Shown here: positions 11,822 through 22,991 of the stretch, one piece after another
Layout: every line of letters begins with the position of its first letter
Numbering within the stretch: position 1 is the first letter of the stretch
Origin: Eledone cirrhosa
Taxonomy: Eukaryota
Reading direction: 5' to 3'
DNA length: 64,000 nucleotides
Assembly (NCBI GenBank): GCA_964016885.1
Contig: OZ024741.1
Span: forward strand, 106,330,001 to 106,394,000
The notes under the pieces: generated by a model
Databases searched by the model: none
Seen by the model: the letters and a program-made list of their open reading frames with translations, nothing else
Told to the model about the DNA's origin: nothing
Program-made: the position numbers and the translations under genes

Positions 11822-12335
11822 TATCATCATCGTTTAACGTCCATCTTTCATGCTAGCATGTGTAGGACGGGTTGTCCCTTTGTGAGAGATTAGGTCGGGG
11901 GAGTGTGATTCGCTCACACAGAACTGATTTGGGCTTGGTTTCTACGACAGGATGCCCTTCCTAATGCCAACCACATTTACAGTGTGTGTTGGGTGCTTTT
12001 TGCCATGACACCTACTTGACCACTTTAAAGTGTGGGCTGGGCAATTTTTGCCATGTTGCCATCATGACCACTTTACAGTGTGGGCTGGAGGCTTTATTGG
12101 ATGAATACTTCAGCTTGTCCTCATTGGAGTGGGTGGGGTGGTGCATAATATATATATGCTTCAGCTTTGGCCTGTGCCCATGGGAAGTCAGGTCTCCTGA
12201 GATCTTGGTCCTGTGTCATCGCCTTTGAGAGATGCAATTGGGCAAGGTCATCTTTTATCATCTCATCCCAAGTCTTTCTGGGTCTCCCCACTCCAGAGCT
12301 TCCATCGACTTTGAGCGCTCTGCACCTTTTTATAC
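11822..12335 (-). mobile_element. 5'-truncated RTE LINE (third family), 3' end
   Basis: [30 protein letters not shown], conserved 3' UTR core, (ATC)n tail. Confidence 0.85.
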
Positions 12336-12339
12336 TTGG

Positions 12340-12680
12340 CGCAACCAACTGGCTCAACCTCCCTCATGGGATCACCCAGATCCTTAATTATGGTTCCAAT
12401 GTGAGAAGGGTACTCTGCGGCCAACTTGGCCAAACCTCCCTCATAATGGCGCCACCCAAGGCTCTACTATGAGTAAGGCTTGGTCCGGCCAACTGGCTAG
12501 ACCTCCATCATAATGGGACCACCCAGATCTCAAATTACAGTATCAGTCTTGATATTGTGAAAGGTACGGCGTGGCCATCTGGGTAGACTTTCCAGTAACA
12601 CAGATCCACTATGTGTAAGTCTTAGCATAGCCAAGTGGCCACACCTACCTTATTGTGTGACCACTATGAAGGAGAGCAAC
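12340..12680. repeat. Degenerate ~70-bp tandem-like repeat
   Basis: Recurring ccaactggc.a.acctcc.tcataatgg..ccaccca. Confidence 0.45.
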
Positions 12681-12766
12681 ACCAAATATCAGCTCTGGGC
12701 ATATCAATGAATCTAAACAACAGAAGTAAGCTTTATTTCTTCTTTATGTTTTTCTGTTCATTCTAG

Positions 12767-12823
12767 CTGTCTGATGAGGTCATAACTGTTGCATAATGGT
12801 TATCACCAAAATATATATAACAG
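12767..12823 (+). ncRNA. Decayed type-I hammerhead motif (G12>A)
   Basis: CTGT-CTGATGA-GGT.ATAAC...GTTAT.ACC-aAAA-TATATA-TA-ACAG. Confidence 0.55.
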
Positions 12824-13282
12824 TGATTATGAATAAACAAAGTAAATTATAAACTGTTGACTTGTACTTCATGATTATAAATATTCTCTGGAGTAAACAA
12901 ACCCACTTGTGTACTTGTGCTCTACCCTGTATACTAAAGTGTCGGTGATAAACTAACACATACGCTAATTGATTTATATCATCATCATCATCATCATCAC
13001 CGTTTTACGTCCGTTCTTCCACGCTAGCATGGGTTAGACGGGTTGTCCTGTTGTGGGCAGTGTCTGGTCGGCTGACCATGCCTTGCTCATACAGGAACTG
13101 ATCTGGCTTGATTTCTACAGCTGGATGCCCTTCCTAACACCAACCTCATTTACAGTGAGTGCTGGGTGCTTTTTCGTGGCGCCTACACGTCCACTTTACA
13201 GTGTGGGCTGGGTGCTTTTTTGCCGTGGCACCTCCACGACCACCTTGCGGTGGGGGGGGGGGGGGCATATTGTTTATATGCT

Positions 13283-16200
13283 TCAGCATGTACCCATGGG
13301 AGGTCGGGTACCCTGTATTACTGCGTGACGCCAGAAGTCACGGTCGTGTGTCATTGACTTTGAGAGGTGTAGTTGGGTAAGGTCGGCTTTTATCACCTCA
13401 TCCCAAGTCATCTTGGGTCTCCCCACTCCGCGGTTTCCATCAACTTCTAGTGCTCTGCACCTTTTTATGCAGCTGTCATCCTTCATACGCATCACATGTC
13501 CATACCAGTGTAACCGCCTCTCCTGCACGCAGCATTTGATTCCTCTTATGCTCAGTCTCTCTCTCAATTCCTTTATGCTTTGTCGTTCACGTATATTACT
13601 GTTACACATCCATCGGAGCATGCAGGCTTCGTTTCTCTCTAATCTACGTAAGTCTTCCACCTTCAGCGCCCAGGTCTCACTACCATGCAACATCGCTGTT
13701 CGGATACACGCATCATACAGTCTGCCTTTCATTCTGAGGGAGAAGCCTTTTGCAGCTAGCAGTGGTAGTAGTTCCCTAAACTTCTTCCATCCCGTTCTTA
13801 CCCTAGTTATTGTACTTTCTGAGCACCCACCTCCGTTGCTAATTCGGTCACCTAGGTAGCAGAAGCTGTCTACTGTTTCTACAGGGCCCTCCCAGAGATT
13901 GGTGGTACTTGTTTCCTGTGGCTGTTTGCTTGCTGTTTCAGCACAGCTGCTGCATGTGAATCCTACATTCTTAATTAAGCCTCCTGAGATCCCGCTACAT
14001 CTCTTGTGTACCCATTGTTTGCATTTGGGGCAGAGAATGGAGTTCCTACCTACACCTTTCCTACATACTGAGCAAGGCCATTTCCCTGAGGGGATCTGGG
14101 TTCTGTTTTCTCGTCTACTTATAAGGACCTTAGTCTTTGTCATGTTGACTTTGAGGCCTTTTCTCTCTAGTCCCTGCTTCCAGGTTTGGAATTTATTCTC
14201 TAGTTCTACCATAGATTCAGCTATGAGTGCGAGGTCATCAGCATACAGGAGTTCCCATGGGCATCCGGTCTTAAACTCCTCCGTTATTGCCTGCAGGACT
14301 ATGATGAACAGGAGAGGGCTAAGAACAGAGCCCTGGTGGACCCCAACCTGTACGCTAAATTCCTCGCTATACTCATTGCCAATCCTAACTTTGCTGACTG
14401 CTCCCCTATACATGGCTTGTACCGCTTTCACAAGCCATTCATCTACTCCTAGTTTTCTAAGAGCCCACCAGATTACTGCACGTGGAACTCTGTCAAAGGC
14501 TTTCTCAAGGTCGACAAATGCCAAGTAGAGTGGCTTACTTTTAGCTAGGTACTTTTCCTGTAATTGCCTCACAAGGAAGAGGGCATCAGTGGTGCCTTTC
14601 CCTGGTACAAACCCAAATTGCATCTCGTCTATATTCACCCGGTCCCTAATCAGCTGTGCTATAACTCTTTCTGTTACTTTCATGACCTGGTCCATCAACT
14701 TTATACCTCTATAGTTTCCTCTATCTAGTGCATCACCTTTACCTTTGTAGCAGTTGACAATGATGCTACTGCACCAATCTTTTGGTATGGCCCCCTCTAG
14801 TATTACCTGGTTAATGATACGTGTGGTTATAGTGTGACCTACAGACCCAGATGCCTTCAGCATCTCGGCAGCTATACCCGATGGACCGGTTGCCTTCCCT
14901 ATCTTCATATCTCTGATTGCCTTACTTACTACGCTGCCGCTGACTTGTACTGCTGGTCCCTCTATAGGGTCTACGTGGGGTAGGGTCTCTTCTTCCCATG
15001 CATTCTCCTCATTTAGTAATCTATCATAATGACTCTTCCATGCATCTTTCTTCTCAGCACTTGTGAGGGCAAGCTCACCTTTATCATTCCGGATACACTT
15101 CTCTCCAATGACATCACAACTATCTCTGACACACTGCCTCGCAATCTTGAATACCTCCTGTTTCTGGTCCTCACGTTGTAAAACATGCTTGAATTTTCTA
15201 TCCTCTGCTTCCCTCCTAGCTAAGTATACTTGTCGCCTAGCTTCCCTCTTGGTCTCTATGTAATGTACCCTGCTCCCCCCGTTCTTCCATTCTTTCCATG
15301 CCTGTCTCTTGGCCTTGACTGCTTCATCTACCTTATTGTTCCACCACCAAGTCACTCTCCTCCTGCTTGAGGTCTTACTCCAGCCACAAACCTCATCCGT
15401 CGCCTCTAGTAAGTTATTTTTTAGGAACTCCCAGTTCTCTTCTACGTTAAATGTCTCTATCTGTTCTTCTTTACTGTCGTAGGCGTTGAGTAAAATATCT
15501 TTAAATCTGTTACTGGTTGAGGGGACTTTCAGCTTCCAGATCTTTCTTCTCCAGGTTGGCCTCTGTTTCAGCGCTCGTCTAGTTCTGACCGTGAGGTCGC
15601 TGACAACTAAGCTATGTTGGGATGTACATTCCTCACTAGGGAAGGCTTTTGTGTTTACGACCGTCCATCTGTCACGTCCTCTGATGAGGATAAAATCTAA
15701 CTGACTAGAGTGCTCCCCTGATCTATAGGTGATCAGGTGGTTGTCGGGTTTTTTAAAGTTTGTGTTACATATCGACATGTCATTGGCGTCGCAGAATTCT
15801 AGAAGTCTGAATCCTTCCTCATTCCTTGTGCCAACTCCATGGCCTCCATGTACTCTATTGAAGCCGTCGCAGTGTTTACCTACGTGTCCGTTAAAATCTC
15901 CTGCAATGATTAGGAAGTCCTTGTCGTCTGTTAGAGCAGTAGTGTGTATTAGGGACTCGTAAAACCTATCCTTAAGTTCGTCTGGCAGCCCCGATTGGGG
16001 TGCGTAAGCTGATATTATTGTGGTAATTGTCTTATTCAGGACTAGTCTGAGTTTAATGATTCTTGCATTTACCCTGTACACTGAGATTACTTTATCTACC
16101 CACTTGTCAGCTAATAGTATACCTACACCACCCATCCCATCGTCATTTCCCACCCAGAAAAATTTGTAGCACTGGCTTTTTCCTACAAGGACTCTAGCAG

Positions 16201-16402
16201 ACCCTCCTCTCCATCTAGTCTCTTGCACACAGCATACATCAACTTCCTTTCGCTCTAGCATTTCTACGATTTCTCCTGCTCTTCCTTTCATTGAGCCTAC
16301 ATTGATGGTACCAACTCGGAGTTTTGGGCATTTGTCGACACTCGTAGGGGAGGGTCTCTGGGTTGGCGCTTCACGTGGGTGCTTGGTAGCTCGCAGATTC
16401 AT
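13283..16402 (-). CDS. RTE retrotransposon protein, 1039 aa: APE endonuclease, RT (LLYADD), inserted PHD-like C4HC3 finger
   Basis: Single open ORF with all APE motifs and RT motifs YRGIKL, QFGF, FVDLEKAFD, GVHQGSVLSP, YADD, FCYLG, RRLHWYGH. Confidence 0.95.
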   Translation of the reverse strand: MNLRATKHPREAPTQRPSPTSVDKCPKLRVGTINVGSMKGRAGEIVEMLERKEVDVCCVQETRWRGGSARVLVGKSQCYKFFWVGNDDGMGGVGILLADKWVDKVISVYRVNARIIKLRLVLNKTITTIISAYAPQSGLPDELKDRFYESLIHTTALTDDKDFLIIAGDFNGHVGKHCDGFNRVHGGHGVGTRNEEGFRLLEFCDANDMSICNTNFKKPDNHLITYRSGEHSSQLDFILIRGRDRWTVVNTKAFPSEECTSQHSLVVSDLTVRTRRALKQRPTWRRKIWKLKVPSTSNRFKDILLNAYDSKEEQIETFNVEENWEFLKNNLLEATDEVCGWSKTSSRRRVTWWWNNKVDEAVKAKRQAWKEWKNGGSRVHYIETKREARRQVYLARREAEDRKFKHVLQREDQKQEVFKIARQCVRDSCDVIGEKCIRNDKGELALTSAEKKDAWKSHYDRLLNEENAWEEETLPHVDPIEGPAVQVSGSVVSKAIRDMKIGKATGPSGIAAEMLKASGSVGHTITTRIINQVILEGAIPKDWCSSIIVNCYKGKGDALDRGNYRGIKLMDQVMKVTERVIAQLIRDRVNIDEMQFGFVPGKGTTDALFLVRQLQEKYLAKSKPLYLAFVDLEKAFDRVPRAVIWWALRKLGVDEWLVKAVQAMYRGAVSKVRIGNEYSEEFSVQVGVHQGSVLSPLLFIIVLQAITEEFKTGCPWELLYADDLALIAESMVELENKFQTWKQGLERKGLKVNMTKTKVLISRRENRTQIPSGKWPCSVCRKGVGRNSILCPKCKQWVHKRCSGISGGLIKNVGFTCSSCAETASKQPQETSTTNLWEGPVETVDSFCYLGDRISNGGGCSESTITRVRTGWKKFRELLPLLAAKGFSLRMKGRLYDACIRTAMLHGSETWALKVEDLRRLERNEACMLRWMCNSNIRERQSIKELRERLSIRGIKCCVQERRLHWYGHVMRMKDDSCIKRCRALEVDGNRGVGRPKMTWDEVIKADLTQLHLSKSMTHDRDFWRHAVIQGTRPPMGTC

Positions 16403-16648
16403 ATTTCATCTATTGATTCAGAGTTGCTCGTGTATTCCCAGCTCATCCATCCATAACGGTGGGAAAATTGAGGGCTAGAAGAACAGTGGTGGTGGGGTAA
16501 TGGCAGGGTGTGTTGGGATGCGCCAGAGGAGGAGAGAGTTAGTTAGGCAGGTAGTAGCAGCAGCAGTGGAAATGGCATGCTAGGTTTGATTGGTCGAATA
16601 GACTATGGTGGTGTGTGGGGGTGGGGGTGGGGGGGAGGGAAATTGTGA

Positions 16649-18100
16649 GGTAGGAACTGAGGGTCGCATGGTAAATATCCAAGTTAATACTACATCAGTA
16701 AAATTAACAATAATAACGTCATGAAAAAACTACTAAGAGAAACCCTCGAAAATTTATCGCTAATACAGCAGGGAAAATTTAACGCTAATACAGCAGGGAA
16801 CATCATAATATTAACGACAATATGTAGGCTAAAATACCTTCGTAGATTAGATGGATGGCTGGAAAAATTGGAATCAGCTCTAGTGATACATTTTAGCAGA
16901 GAAGAATGGGAAAGTGTCTTATCTCTTCAATATTTTCAGATTGAATGAATTAGGTTAAAGACAGGGTAGTAAGCCTTAAAGAAGTGCATAGAGAGGGGGG
17001 GGGGGGGTAGGAACTGAGGGTCGCATGGTAAATAACTGAGAGAGATACAATAGGATTAGAATACCGCATGGTAAATATCCAAGTTAATAAGTTAATACTA
17101 CATCAGTAAAATTAACAATGATAACGTCATGAAAAACTACTAAGAGAAACCCTCGAAAATTTATCGCTAATACAGCAGGGGAAAATTTAATGCTAATACA
17201 GCAGGGAACATCATAATATTAACGACAATATGTAGGCTAAAATACCTTCGTAGATTAGATGGATGGCTGGAAAAATTGGAATCAGCTCTAGTGATACATT
17301 TTAGCAGAGAAGAATGGGAAAGTGTCTTATCTCTTCAATATTTTCAGATTGAATGAATTAGGTTAAAGACAGGGTAGTAAGCCTTAAAGAAGTGCATAGA
17401 GAGGGGGGGGGGGGGGGGGGTAGGAACTGAGGGTCGCATGGTAAATAACTGAGAGAGATACAATAGGATTAGAATACCGCATGGTAAATATCCAAGTTAA
17501 TAAGTTAATACTACATCAGTAAAATTAACAATGATAACGTCATGAAAAACTACTAAGAGAAACCCCTCGAAAATTTATATGTAGGCTAAAATACCTTCGT
17601 AGATTAGATGGATGGCTGGAAAAATTGGAATCAGCTCTAGTGATACATTTTAGCAGAGAAGAATGGGAAAGTGTCTTATCTCTTCAATATTTTCAGATTG
17701 AATGAATTAGGTTAAAGACAGGGTAGTAAGCCTTAAAGAAGTGCATAGAGAGGGGGGGGGGGGTAGGAACTGAGGGTCGCATGGTAAATAACTGAGAGAG
17801 ATACAATAGGATTAGAATACCGCATGGTAAATATCCAAGTTAATAAGTTAATACTACATCAGTAAAATTAACAATGATAACGTCATGAAAAACTACTAAG
17901 AGAAACCCTCGAAAATTTATCGCTAATACAGCAGGGAAAATTTAACGCTAATACAGCAGGGAACATCATAATATTAACGACAATATGTAGGCTAAAATAC
18001 CTTCGTAGATTAGATGGATGGCTGGAAAAATTGGAATCAGCTCTAGTGATACATTTTAGCAGAGAAGAATGGGAAAGCGTCTTATCCCTTCAATATTTTC
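16649..18100 (-). repeat. Four tandem ~340-410-bp monomers upstream of the RTE-B ORF
   Basis: Unit ggtaggaactgagggtcgcatggtaaata... recurs at ~16650, 17007, 17420 and 17763; units separated by poly-G runs on +. Confidence 0.93.
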
Positions 18101-18192
18101 ATTATATATATATATATATATATAATTATATATTATATATATATATAATTATATATATATATAATTTCATATATATATTATATATATATATA

Positions 18193-19050
18193 TACCACTA
18201 TTAGCTGCTAAAGGGTTCTCCCTAAAAATGAAAGGCAGGTTGTACGATGCCTGCATACGAACAGCAATGCTGCATGGCAGTGAGACCTGGGCATTGTGTG
18301 CAGAGGATATACACAGACTAGAGAGGAACGAAGCTTGCATGCTCCGCTGGATGTGTAACAGTAATATACATGAACGGCAAAGCATAAACGAACTAAGGAA
18401 AAAATTAGAGATAAGGGGGATCAGATGTTGTTTACTCGAGAGAAGGCTACGTTGGTATGGACACGTGATGCGCATGAAAGTTGATAGCTGTATAACAAAG
18501 TGCAGGGCAATAAAGATAGACGGTAGTCACGGAATAGGCAGACCTAGAAAAACCTGGGACGAGCTGATAAACTCCGACATCACACACCTACACCTCTCCA
18601 AGACAATGTCACTGGACCGAGACCTTTGGCGGTACTCAGTAACAGAGAAGACCCGCCTTACCTAAATATATAGTAAAACCTACTCCAGCCAGTAGGCATC
18701 TCTAACAAAATACACCCCGTCCCACCACCCCCACCCCATCCACACCACCCCGTTCTATGTAAAGTTATGTTGGTGCCGCGCCATCGAGGCCGAAACAAAT
18801 GAGATTGTGTAGGTGTCACGACAAAAAAACACACAGTCCACGCTGTAATGTGGCCGTGTAGGCAACACTGTAAAAACCTCCCAGACCCACACTGTAAATG
18901 TGGTTGGTGTTAGGAAGGGCATCCAACTGTAGAAAACCTGCCAGACAGTCCTATGCGAGCAAGACAATCACTCTTGCCTCAAGTGGGACTACCCCCGTCC
19001 AAACCCATGCAAGCGTGGAACACTGACGTTAAACGTTGATGATGATGATG
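18193..19050 (+). mobile_element. 5'-truncated RTE family A
   Basis: ORF 18228-18665 near-identical to 3150-3824; (GAT)n tail. Confidence 0.93.
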
Positions 19051-19256
19051 GCCGTGTAGGTAACACGGTAAAAAGTTCCCAGTCCACACTGTAAATGTGG
19101 TTGGTGTTAGGAAGGGCATCCAGCCGTAGAAAACCCGCCAGATAGTCCTATACAAGCGAGACACGGTCACCCGACCAACCTTGCCTCAAATTGGGACAAC
19201 TCCCGTCTAACCCATGCTAGCGTGGAATGTAGGCGTTAAACGATGATGATGATGAT
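19050..19256 (+). mobile_element. Short RTE 3'-UTR copy abutting the previous tail
   Basis: Second ggtgttaggaagggcatccag core and (GAT)n tail. Confidence 0.8.
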
Positions 19257-19257
19257 A

Positions 19258-19978
19258 TATATCCAGCCCCCACTCTCGATTGTATTGGTATTTCTTCGCA
19301 TTAAAGACTATACCAATGATAATCAGCAGACTACTGATGATGGACAGTCCTGTTTCTTGGTCTATTTTCATTCATATGTTCACATTCGCAACAACGCAGC
19401 ATGCCATTTTTCATTCACATATATTTTTTCCCCTCGCTGTGGTTCGTATTTTTTCTGTCACCTGACTGCTATCCTCTTTCTCTCTCCCCCTTCTCTCTCC
19501 TTGTACCTCTTGCTTTCATTCACCCCTGGTCACTGCTGGTCACCCACTCTCTCAGCTGGCCTTTTCCTCACACTTTCACTCACTCACTCTCTGCTACTCC
19601 CATTCTCTCACTTCCTCCTGTCTGACCTGTGTGAAATTCATTTTTTCTCTCACTTTTTGCGTGGCTCGGACGTGTCTGCCTCTTCTCGTCATTTGATTTG
19701 TTCAGACTTAAGCCCACAAGATTCATTGACTTGACTCTCTTTTTCTCTCTTTACGTTGCATTACTACCATGTTGTTCACTTTTTTCTTTTCGCGCTGTCC
19801 CGATAACTTAATTTAGTTATCGCTCGCACTGATTTTAGGTATCTAGTCTTTAATACGAAGAAATACCAATGATAATCAGCAGACTACTGATGATGGACAT
19901 TCCTGTTTCACGGTCTATTTTCATTAATATGTTCACATTCGCAACAACGCAGCACACCATTTTTCATTCATATATATA
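19258..19978 (+). mobile_element. Non-coding element with ~115-bp direct terminal repeats and a short inverted segment (pLTR-like)
   Basis: 19310-19423 is repeated at 19863-19978; 19287-19310 is inverted at 19844-19867; second copy at 10716-11110. Confidence 0.7.
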
Positions 19979-20111
19979 TGTCAGTTCCTGTATGAGCAAG
20001 GCATGGTCAACCGAACGGCTACTGCCCACAACAGGACAACCCGTCTAACTCATGCTAGCATGGGAGAACGGACGTAAAACGGTGATGATGATGATATATA
20101 TGTATGTATAT

Positions 20112-20630
20112 GTCAGGTTGCTCTTTAGCGCTGCTGGTAACATGTAACCCAGTACAACCTGTGCATCATTGGGTCGTCAGCGACAAAAATGGCAACTCCA
20201 CCAAGCTAGTTTGGTGAGGAGGGTGATTTGAGACACCCAACAAGATGAAAAACAAGACCCGTCAAAGAGCGGAGGAACTCAGGCGAGTCAATGGCTTTTT
20301 TGTTTTTGAGTGAGAGACTCCTAGTCTTCATTAAGACATCTCTCTAGGAGAAGGTCACTCTGATATAAAACCTGCGACTTTGTTTATATCCAATGATGTA
20401 GACCAGTCCTTCTTTTTGGGTAAATGCATTTGATGTTCAGAGAGAGGTGATTGGCCCCGTGCAAAGCCTTTCCTCACTTAAAAAAAGCTTCAAGCACAGG
20501 CATTGCTTGATATAGGACATTTTTTAGCGATGCATGGCATTGCTGGCATTGCTGGCCTTAGGCAAGTCCCTAGCAGAACTAAAACGCCACATCTGTGATG
20601 CTCATACTTAAGTATCAAGCGATGGCATTA
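20112..20630 (+). mobile_element. Non-coding interspersed repeat resembling RTE/BovB-type 5' regions
   Basis: Homologous to 57622-58172 (gggtcgt...ggcaac.ccaccaag...tggtgagga; ctaggagaagg...ctctgatataa). Confidence 0.55.
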
Positions 20631-20643
20631 CTTGAAATTGATA

Positions 20644-20832
20644 GGGCGGTGGATTGGCAGTATCGGTAGAGTGTCGGACGCCATGCTTTCCAGCATAGTT
20701 ACGTCCCTTTACGATCTGAGTTCAAATCCCGCCGAGGTTGACTTTGCCTTTCATCCTTACGGGGTCGATAAAATAAAGTACCAGTAATACACTGGGATAA
20801 TTGCTGGCCTTGTGCCTAAAGTAGAAACAATT
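20644..20832 (+). mobile_element. SINE family A, full length, with ~15-bp TSD
   Basis: attacttgaaattga occurs on both sides. Confidence 0.9.
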
Positions 20833-21014
20833 ACTTGAAATTGAATCTAGAAATACATGTCTGACATCCTCACATAGCTACCGAGCCATCATCAAAATAT
20901 GTGTGTGTATGTATATATGTGTGCATATATATGTGTGTGTATGTATGTATATATATATATATATATATATGCTAGCATGGAAGATGGACGTTAAATGATG
21001 ATGATATGTATATA

Positions 21015-21045
<31 letters not shown>

Positions 21046-21183
21046 GTGTGTATGAATGTATATATATATATATATGTATATATATGTGTTGTATATATGT
21101 ATGTGCATATATATGTGTATGAATGTATATATATATGTGTATGAATGTATATATATATGTTAAATGATGATGATATGTATATA

Positions 21184-21240
<57 letters not shown>

Positions 21241-21843
21241 ATGAATGTATATATATATATGTATATATATGTGTTGTATATATGTATGTGCATATATATA
21301 TGTGTATGAATGTATATATATATGTGCATGTATATATATGTGTGTATATATATATATGTATATATATTTATATATAAATATATATAGTAATTCACACCTA
21401 TGGATGGCTTAACTTCCTTATAAACAGGCTATGATGTGTTGTCATGTCTTCCCATGCTTTAAAATGGCTGTCTGTTTAGCATGGGGTGTAGGTTAAGATT
21501 ACTCACTGTTATAAATAGCTGGGGAATTACCTAATATAACAAGTGTTCTATTGTAAATAGCAGGAACACTGTCTAGTATTACAAGTGTTATGTGATTAGT
21601 ACATAATCCACTCTTAGAGGCACCCACAATCCACTTGAAACCATAATTCCAGTTGTCTTGATCTACATTGATTTCTAATGTAGACACAAGACCAACAGAT
21701 TGGAGAGGAAGTGGAAAGTTGATTACACCGTAGGCTTCATTCTCACCTGGATATGAGATAGACAAATGGTTGTAAATGACAAATGTTTCTCTGGACAAAA
21801 AATGTACAACCCCAACATAAATTAGTTGTCAGTGACCTTAGAG

Positions 21844-22249
21844 CAGGGGTCTCAAGCTCAAGGACTCAAAAGGGCCAATATGTCCTGGGGAAGAGGCACA
21901 GCAGGCTAAAAATGAATTGAGGGAGTTATAATACAGCTGATAGGATGCTATTTATTTCCTTTTTTCCATCAAAATGAATTGGCATATGATAGTATGTGAG
22001 ATATGTGAATTAGTGCAAAATGTAGGGGGACAAATTTTCCTTATTTCCTTTTTACTTTTGGTAAATTCCATTTTTTTCTGTTTTCACTTGTGATAAATTC
22101 TGTTTTTTTTTTCTATTTTATTGTATTTCATGGTTAAATTGCAATAAATTACGCTATAAATATTTTTAAAACAAGGGAAACAAAATTTTTCTGCCATGGG
22201 CCATAAAAAAGTAGTTTGCAGCCTAGGGGCCATGTGTTTGAGACCCCTG
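21844..22249. mobile_element. hAT-type MITE
   Basis: TIRs caggggtctcaa / ttgagacccctg; imperfect TSD cttagag/catagag; related to 53230-54038. Confidence 0.75.
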
Positions 22250-22399
22250 CATAGAGTAAGAGGTAGTTGAACTAAGAGATAAAAGTCACTCTGGAGAAGG
22301 AAGACATAGAAACCGAGAGAACCCTCAGCAAGCAACAAATTCAGAGAAATCCTACTTAATGCCTATGTCAGTAAGGAAGAGGTGATGGAACTGATAGCA

Positions 22400-22730
22400 G
22401 AGAAAAATTGTGTATTTTTATGAGACAACTTGCTGAAAACCACTGACCAGGTTTACAAGGTCATAGCTAGATGGAGAGTGATGTGGTTGTGAAAGGATAA
22501 GGTAGATAGAGCCATAAAAACAAAAAAGGGAAGCCTGTAGAGATTTGAGGAAAAAGGTAAACAGATCAGTACCAGATAACTAGAAGAGAGGCCAGGAGCC
22601 AAGTATAGCTAACAAGAGGAGAAGCAGGAAAGACATTTTCGCATGTTCTACGACATGAATATCAGAGGCGTAAAGTGTTCCAGATTGCAAGAAAATTGTG
22701 ATGTGGCTGGAGAAAAGTCTGATTCATAAT
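22400..22730 (+). mobile_element. Old decayed RTE fragment (APE-RT linker)
   Basis: Degenerate match to RRVTWWW...KVDEA...[13 protein letters not shown]...HVLQRE...VFKIAR. Confidence 0.65.
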
Positions 22731-22782
22731 AGAGAATTATATGAAGGCATATTTGATATATTTATAGGTAATAAACATATAT

Positions 22783-22991
22783 ACCATTTATACTTGAATA
22801 TAAGCCGAGGAATATGTAACCAAAAAAGTGATGGTTAAATGGAGTAGAGAGAGGCTTATAGTCGCCATCTAAACAGTGTGTTTATTAGCTGCCTCAGCTT
22901 ATAAAGGAAGTTTGGATTTTTGTCTATTTTTCAGACATAAAATAGGGGAGTCGGCTTATATTCAAATCTGCTTACATTCGAATATATATGG
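22783..22991. mobile_element. Tc2/pogo-like MITE
   Basis: ta-ccatttatacttgaatataagccga ... tcggcttatattcaa...cgaatatatatgg-ta; TA flanks. Confidence 0.55.

Larger units (their letters stand above)
12977..18100 (-). mobile_element. Full-length RTE LINE (family B), potentially retrotransposition-competent
   Basis: (GAT)n tail at ~12978-13000, 3' UTR, uninterrupted ORF, 5' region with tandem repeats, (TA)n at the 5' flank. Confidence 0.93.

Noticed and set aside
13413-14528. Recurrent antisense ORFs (148-231 aa) overlapping RTE RT regions
   Set aside because: Shadow frames of the RT ORF; they recur only because the copies are near-identical.
21499-21798. 99-aa minus-strand ORF as a host exon or gene
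   Set aside because: No recognisable motif, no partner exons and a non-ATG start.
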